64,000 nt of DNA from NCBI GenBank assembly GCA_034520945.1, contig JAXHNB010000006.1:800001-864000 (forward strand), written 5' to 3'. Shown here in pieces: positions 58,885 through 64,000 of this stretch. The position numbers and the translations under genes were made by a program. Position 1 is the first letter of the stretch, and each line of letters begins with the position of its first letter. This stretch comes from Trueperaceae bacterium (GTDB taxonomy: Bacteria; Deinococcota; Deinococci; Deinococcales; Trueperaceae). The notes under the pieces are model-generated. The model had not been told where the DNA came from. It made no database searches and was given only the letters and a program-made list of their open reading frames with translations.

Positions 58885-60029
58885 CGCGGGCGCGCCGCCT
58901 GCATGCGGCATTGGTGGGCGGCGGTGTCGTCCTGCTGCTGCTCGTCGGTCTGGGTCTCGGGCAGGCGCTTCGCGACACCACGCCCCCGTCGCTGTGGGTG
59001 GAGGCGCCCGAGCGGGTCGCGGCCGGAACGACGTTCACGCTGGACGTCAGCGCCGACGAGCCGGCGCGGTACGTCGTGCAGTACGCAGGCACCCGCACCG
59101 AGGCCGTCGAGCAGGCGGTGTCGGTGCCGCTGGAGGCCGCCCCCGGTCGACACCGGATCCGCATCGTCGCGCAGGATGCGGCGGGCAACGAGACGACCGC
59201 CGGTCACGACGTGTTCGGCGTGGTGGTGCCCGAGGGTCGCCTAGAGATGCCCGAGGGCCTGAGGCCCGGCGACCCGTTCACGGTTCGGCTGCGCTTCTCG
59301 CCGCCGTACGGGGAGCGTACGGACGTGCGGCTGAGCGTGGACGGTACGTCGCTCGACCTTCACCCCATGGAAGGGGGCGCGTGGGCGCTGGGCGCGGTGC
59401 CGCTGGCGACCGACGCCGGATCGCTGTCCGTGCGGGCCTCGTGGCGCGACGGGCTGGGCCGAGCCACGAGCGCGGCGCAGGACGTGCCGTACGACCCGTT
59501 GGGCCGGACGGTCGAGACGCTGACCATCGCCGAGGAGGTGCTGGCGGTGATCACGCCCGAGGGCCGCGGGCGGGAGGCGGCCGCGCTCGCCTCGGCGCGC
59601 GCGGACCCGGGCGAACCGCCGCGCTGGCGTGCGCCGTTCGTGCTGCCGATCGAGGGTCGCGGTACCTCCGGTTTCGCCCGTCCCAGGCGGTACGTGCCGG
59701 GCGGGCCGGTAAGCTTTCACCTCGGCGAAGACATCGCGGCCCCGACCGGCACGCCGATCATGTCGCCCAACGACGGGGTGGTGACGTTGGCCGACATGTT
59801 CCCGATCAAGGGCGGCCTGACGGTGATCGACCACGGCGCCGGCGTCACCAGCCGCTTCTACCACCAGTCACGCATCGGGGTGGAGGAGGGGTCGTTCGTG
59901 CAGCGTGGCCAGGTGATCGGTGAGGTCGGCAGCACCGGCCTGTCGACCGGTCCGCACCTGCACTGGGAGATGCGCGTCGACGGGGTGCCCAGCGACCCGC
60001 TGGCCTGGGTGGGCACGGCGCGTCCCTGA
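58881..60029 (+). CDS. M23 family peptidase with N-terminal anchor and Ig-like domains
   Basis: FHLGED (HxxxD), IDHG, TGLSTGPHLHW. Confidence 0.9.
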   Translation: MTRARRLHAALVGGGVVLLLLVGLGLGQALRDTTPPSLWVEAPERVAAGTTFTLDVSADEPARYVVQYAGTRTEAVEQAVSVPLEAAPGRHRIRIVAQDAAGNETTAGHDVFGVVVPEGRLEMPEGLRPGDPFTVRLRFSPPYGERTDVRLSVDGTSLDLHPMEGGAWALGAVPLATDAGSLSVRASWRDGLGRATSAAQDVPYDPLGRTVETLTIAEEVLAVITPEGRGREAAALASARADPGEPPRWRAPFVLPIEGRGTSGFARPRRYVPGGPVSFHLGEDIAAPTGTPIMSPNDGVVTLADMFPIKGGLTVIDHGAGVTSRFYHQSRIGVEEGSFVQRGQVIGEVGSTGLSTGPHLHWEMRVDGVPSDPLAWVGTARP

Positions 60030-60082
60030 GCGCGGGACCGGCGAGACGGCCCTGCGGTCCGGCAGTGCTATCCTGCGTCCTC

Positions 60083-61114
60083 ATGGACTCGACCATTACG
60101 GGCAGCGGGGACGGCAAGGCACGGCCTCGCGTGTTTTCGGGCGTGCAGCCCACGGGCGACCTTCACCTCGGAACCTACCTCGGCGCGTTGCGCCAGTGGG
60201 CCGAGCGGCAGCACGAGCGCGAGAACGTGTTCTGCGTGGTGGACCTGCACGCGTTGACGGTGCCCGAGAACCTGGACGCGAAGGGGTTGCGGGCGAAGAG
60301 CCGGGAGGTCGCGGCGTTGTACCTGGCGTGCGGCATCGATCCGGAGGAGAGCATCGTGTTCGTGCAGTCGCACGTCCGGGAGCACGCCGAGCTCACCTGG
60401 CTGTTGAACTGCACCACCCCGCTCGGGTGGCTGCAACGCATGACGCAGTTCAAGTCGAAGAGCGACGGGCGGGCGTCGGTGTCGGCGGCGTTGCTGAACT
60501 ACCCAGTGCTGCAGGCGGCGGACATCTTGTTGTACGACACCGACGAGGTGCCCGTCGGCGAGGATCAGGTGCAGCACGTGGAGTTGACGCGCGACATCGG
60601 GACCCGCTTCAACCACATGTTCGGGGAGACGTTCCGCCTGCCCAAGGCGGTCGTCCCGAAGGCGGGCGCGCGCGTGATGGGCTTCGACGACCCGGAGGTC
60701 AAGATGTCGAAGTCGCTGTCGTGGGAGCGCGACCGTCACGCGGTACACCTGCTGGATGACGAGGCGCGCATTCGCAAGACGGTGATGAGCGCCGTCACGG
60801 ACTCGGGACGCGAGTTCCGCTACGAGCAGGCGGGTCCGGGCGTTCGCAACCTGCTGGGGGTGCTGCACAGCCTGCGCGGGGGCGACATGGACGAGATCTC
60901 CGCCAGCTTCGAAGGCAAGGGCTACGGCGACCTCAAGAAGGCCGTGGTCGAGGCGATCCTCGACACGCTCCGTCCGATTCGCGCGCAGTTCGACGGCTAC
61001 ATGGCCGACCCCGCGTCGCTGGACGCCGTGCTGGCGAAGGGGGCGGAGCGGGCCCGCGCCCACGCTGCCCGCACGCTGGCGCGCGCCAAGGACGCCATGG
61101 GCGTCGGCGCCTGA
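60083..61114 (+). CDS. trpS: Tryptophan--tRNA ligase
   Basis: SGVQPTGDLHLGTYLG, YPVLQAADIL, VPVGEDQ.QH, KMSKS; leaderless after TATCCT. Confidence 0.96.
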   Translation: MDSTITGSGDGKARPRVFSGVQPTGDLHLGTYLGALRQWAERQHERENVFCVVDLHALTVPENLDAKGLRAKSREVAALYLACGIDPEESIVFVQSHVREHAELTWLLNCTTPLGWLQRMTQFKSKSDGRASVSAALLNYPVLQAADILLYDTDEVPVGEDQVQHVELTRDIGTRFNHMFGETFRLPKAVVPKAGARVMGFDDPEVKMSKSLSWERDRHAVHLLDDEARIRKTVMSAVTDSGREFRYEQAGPGVRNLLGVLHSLRGGDMDEISASFEGKGYGDLKKAVVEAILDTLRPIRAQFDGYMADPASLDAVLAKGAERARAHAARTLARAKDAMGVGA

Positions 61115-61130
61115 ACGGCCGCCCGCCGGC

Positions 61131-62051
61131 GTGTCACGCGTCCTGTTCGTGTTCCTCGACGGCGTCGGGGTCGGCGGCGACGACCCGGCGGAGAACCCGT
61201 TCGCGGCGACGCCCACCCCGACGCTGGACGGGCTCGTCGGTCGCGCCCTCGCCGGATGGGACGGCACGCCGCGACACGATGACGACCTGGCGAGCCGGAC
61301 GCTGGACGCGACGTTGGGCCGGGCCGGCCTGCCGCAATCCGCCACCGGACAGAGCGCCCTGCTGACCGGCCGCGACGCCGCCGAGGCCATGGCGGGGCAC
61401 TACGGGCCGTGGCCCGGCCCGACCCTGAAGCGATTCCTGGCGGAGGGGAACCTGTTCGACTGGGCGGCGGCCCGCGGTGCCCAGCACGCCAACGCCTACC
61501 CGCCCGACTTCTTCCAGGCGTTGGCGGCGGGACGGCTGCGGCTGAACGCGCCGGCGCACGCCGCCCGTGAGGCCGGCGTGCCGCTGGCCGACCTCGACGC
61601 CTACCGTGCCGGTCGGGCCGTCGCGCCCGACCTGGACGGGGCGGCGTTCGCGTCACGCGGCGTGGTGTCCCCGGATGCGCCTGCGGCTGGGCCGGAGGCG
61701 GCCGCGGCGGCGGGGGGCCGCCTGGCGCGGCTGGCGGGGGCGTCGCTGCTGACGTTCTTCGACGTGTGGACGACCGACCGGGTGGGCCATCGCGCCGACG
61801 CGGCGGCGGCCGCGACGCTGATCGCCCGCTTGGACGCGTTCTTGGCGGGGGTGCTGTCGGCGCGGCCGCGCGACGTGAGTGTGGTGATCACCAGCGATCA
61901 CGGAAACCTGGAGGATCTTCGGCACGGCCGTCACACGCGCGCGGACGTGCCGCTGTGGGTCGTCGGTCCCGGCGCCCCCCAGTTCGCGGAGGTACGGACC
62001 CTGTGCGGCGTGGCGCCCGCCATTCGCGCGGCGTGGGCGTCCGACGCCTAG
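61131..62051 (+). CDS. Alkaline phosphatase-superfamily metalloenzyme (phosphomutase-like)
   Basis: FVFLDGVG, GLPQSATGQ, TDRVGH, TSDHGN, HT..VP. Confidence 0.8.
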   Translation: MSRVLFVFLDGVGVGGDDPAENPFAATPTPTLDGLVGRALAGWDGTPRHDDDLASRTLDATLGRAGLPQSATGQSALLTGRDAAEAMAGHYGPWPGPTLKRFLAEGNLFDWAAARGAQHANAYPPDFFQALAAGRLRLNAPAHAAREAGVPLADLDAYRAGRAVAPDLDGAAFASRGVVSPDAPAAGPEAAAAAGGRLARLAGASLLTFFDVWTTDRVGHRADAAAAATLIARLDAFLAGVLSARPRDVSVVITSDHGNLEDLRHGRHTRADVPLWVVGPGAPQFAEVRTLCGVAPAIRAAWASDA

Positions 62052-62119
62052 CGCGCGGGTGGGTGCGTCCCGCTGGGTCCGCGTCGCGCGGCGCGAGGGC
62101 GTGAGGCGCGGGGGGCGGA

Positions 62120-63283
62120 TCAGAAACCGAGCAGCACCACCGCTTCGTACCAGGCGCCCAACAGCAGCAGCAGCCCCGCCAACGGCAGCATGGAGACCAA
62201 CTTGCGGTACCCGTCGCCGATGCCGCCGAAGCCGCGTTGGGCGAGGGTGGCGACCAGCATGCCGCCGCCCGTCACCACCAGGAAGTAGGCGGTGAACTCG
62301 ATCACGAACAGGACGAGGATCGCCACGATCTCGGGGAACCCACCGAGCCCCAACAACCCGAACGCCGTGGACTGAGCCAGGAACGACACGCCGGCCAGCA
62401 GGTACACCGGCACGCCCAGCAACAGCGCACTGCCGAACAGGGCCGTGAAGGTCACCACCACGAAGTTCTGGTAGAAGATCACCAGCGCGGTGCGGGCGAG
62501 GTCGCCGCTGGCGAGCGCCTGCGTGGCCCCCACCTGCTCCAGGGTGTCGCTCAGGACGCTCACCACCGCCTGTTCGCAGCTGTCGGGCAACTGGCTCCCT
62601 GCGAACAGCCCGAGCGCGACGACGGCCCACCCCAGCACGAACGTCCATCGCACCACGCGGGGGTGCGCGCGCAGGGCGTCGCGTCCGCCGAGGAGCCAGC
62701 GCCGGATCGGCGTGGGGCGTGCCAAGGCGCCAACGATCAGCAGCGAGAACAGGATGAAGCCGATGCCGGCTTCGCGCGTCTGGAGCCAGTCGCGACCGGT
62801 GGAGGTCTCCATCTGGAAGCCGACCCGCTCGACGCGCCAGTCGTCCCCGTCCTGCATCAGGATCACTTCGACGACGTCGAGGCGGTCGGGGGGGATCTCG
62901 GCGGCGTAGGTGTAGCGGCGACGGTCCGGATCGTCGGTCTCCCGGGCGCGCCGGTCGCTCAGGTCCACCTCGGTGCCGCTGGGCGGGGGCGGGGCGGCGA
63001 ACAGGGCCGGCAACTCGCGGCAGAGCGCCTCCGTCTCCAAGCCTGCGAGGTCGGAGAAGGAGGTGGGCTCCAACGCCAGCCACATCTCGACCGCCCGGTC
63101 GGCCAACGCTTCAGGGTCGCTGCCGGTGGTGCCCACCACGGCATCGTCCGGCATCGCCGCCGGGTCGAGGCCGTCCGCTGGGATCTGGGCGGCCCCAAGC
63201 CCGAACAGCAAGGCCCATAGCGTCGCGAAGAGGGCGAGGTAGGCGGGGCGTCGGCAGGGGGAAAACTCGTTCGGCACCATCAT
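62120..63283 (-). CDS. Membrane protein: exported N-terminal domain plus SpoIIM-like TM domain
   Basis: Signal peptide; C-terminal TM block with IFYQN, IEF.AY, GAWYE. Start uncertain. Confidence 0.6.
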   Translation of the reverse strand: MMVPNEFSPCRRPAYLALFATLWALLFGLGAAQIPADGLDPAAMPDDAVVGTTGSDPEALADRAVEMWLALEPTSFSDLAGLETEALCRELPALFAAPPPPSGTEVDLSDRRARETDDPDRRRYTYAAEIPPDRLDVVEVILMQDGDDWRVERVGFQMETSTGRDWLQTREAGIGFILFSLLIVGALARPTPIRRWLLGGRDALRAHPRVVRWTFVLGWAVVALGLFAGSQLPDSCEQAVVSVLSDTLEQVGATQALASGDLARTALVIFYQNFVVVTFTALFGSALLLGVPVYLLAGVSFLAQSTAFGLLGLGGFPEIVAILVLFVIEFTAYFLVVTGGGMLVATLAQRGFGGIGDGYRKLVSMLPLAGLLLLLGAWYEAVVLLGF

Positions 63284-63357
63284 GACGTGGACGTCAGCAT
63301 AGCCCAGCTCGGGGTCTGCCACGGCCCGTCGCACGCGTCGGCGATATGCTCGGGGGC

Positions 63358-63855
63358 GTGAAGCCGTGGGTGTGGGTGGTGAACGCGGGGCGGCGCACCG
63401 TGCGGGGTCTGCACCCGGCGTGGGCGCGACCGGACGACGTGTGGGCCGAGGCGTGGCTTCCTGGGCCGGAAGCGGCCCTGTACCGGCGCATGGACCCGCG
63501 CGACCGCGACCATGCCGTGCAGGTCGCCCGGGCGGTGCTGGCCCGTCACCCCCGGGCCGGCGCGGAGGTCGTGCGCGCGGCGCTGCTGCACGACGTCGGC
63601 AAGAGCGGCCGGCGCTACCGTGTGATCGAGCGGGTCGCGACGCACCTCGTACGCTGGCGGCCTGCGCGGGAGGGGGAAGCGAGCGGCGGGCTGCGCGGCG
63701 CGTGGCAGGTCGCGGCCCATCATGCCCGCGACGGGGCCCGATGGATTCGCGAGGCGGGGGGGTCGCCCCGGGTGGCGGAGCTGGTGGCGCGGCACGAACG
63801 CCCCGGCGGCGACGTCGAGGCGGCGTGGCTGCGGGACGCGGATCGTCGCACGTGA
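63358..63855 (+). CDS. HD-domain protein
   Basis: DRDHAVQV, AALLHDVGK, HHA..GA, LRDAD; GTG 7 nt after TATGCT. Confidence 0.8.
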   Translation: MKPWVWVVNAGRRTVRGLHPAWARPDDVWAEAWLPGPEAALYRRMDPRDRDHAVQVARAVLARHPRAGAEVVRAALLHDVGKSGRRYRVIERVATHLVRWRPAREGEASGGLRGAWQVAAHHARDGARWIREAGGSPRVAELVARHERPGGDVEAAWLRDADRRT

Positions 63856-64000
63856 CGGCTTCGGCGCCGGGTCCCGCCACCCGCTGGTTGTTCGCGCGGC
63901 AACGCTTCGGGATCACGCCTGGCCTGGACGGTGTTCGGGCGCTGCTCGCGCGGTTGGGGAACCCCGAGGCACGCTTCGACGCCGTCCTGGTCGCTGGCAC
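63852..64000 (+). CDS. folC: Folylpolyglutamate synthase/dihydrofolate synthase, N-terminus only
   Basis: Hand translation: VTASAPGPATRWLFARQRFGITPGLDGVRALLARLGNPEARFDAVLVAG(T), leading into the expected GTNGKGS loop. Confidence 0.8.
   Translation, partial: MTASAPGPATRWLFARQRFGITPGLDGVRALLARLGNPEARFDAVLVAG

Overview
A very GC-rich, gene-dense stretch of core chromosome from a member of Deinococcota, most plausibly Trueperaceae-like. This assignment is inferred from a Thermus-type cytochrome c552 domain, a TrmB with a C-terminal extension, an ATP-cone 2-phosphoglycerate-kinase homolog and pervasive leaderless TANNNT-N6-8-ATG starts. About 50 protein genes and 2 tRNAs are supported; most long ORFs in the supplied track are GC shadows. 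Main blocks: SDR/M20/ABC substrate-binding protein; RluA-family gene and plsX; an lptF/lptG/lptD-like/lipoprotein operon; DUF4388-trmB-pgeF-mazG-Nudix-2PGK; ABC transporter-SPOR; trxB; a LOV-like/PAS-GGDEF-EAL protein; M3 peptidase; ABC-F; class II photolyase; proA; gyrB; a complete alternative complex III operon (actABCDEF plus an ActG-cytochrome c552 fusion); tRNA-Ala; clpC-radA-PIN/TRAM; glyQS; tRNA-Leu; bdh; aminopeptidase; hpt; M23 peptidase; trpS; partial folC. No mobile element, CRISPR array or rRNA was seen. The most unusual signals are: the ActG-c552 fusion; short leaderless upstream ORFs overlapping the starts of clpC (Arg-rich, TTGA-coupled), radA and hpt; a CsoR-type operator over a trxB -10 box; a cysteine-less LOV-like sensor; an ABC-F with an extra GNAT-like tail; and an Lpt operon ending in an unknown large lipoprotein. 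All calls are by-eye motif recognition; no database searches were run.
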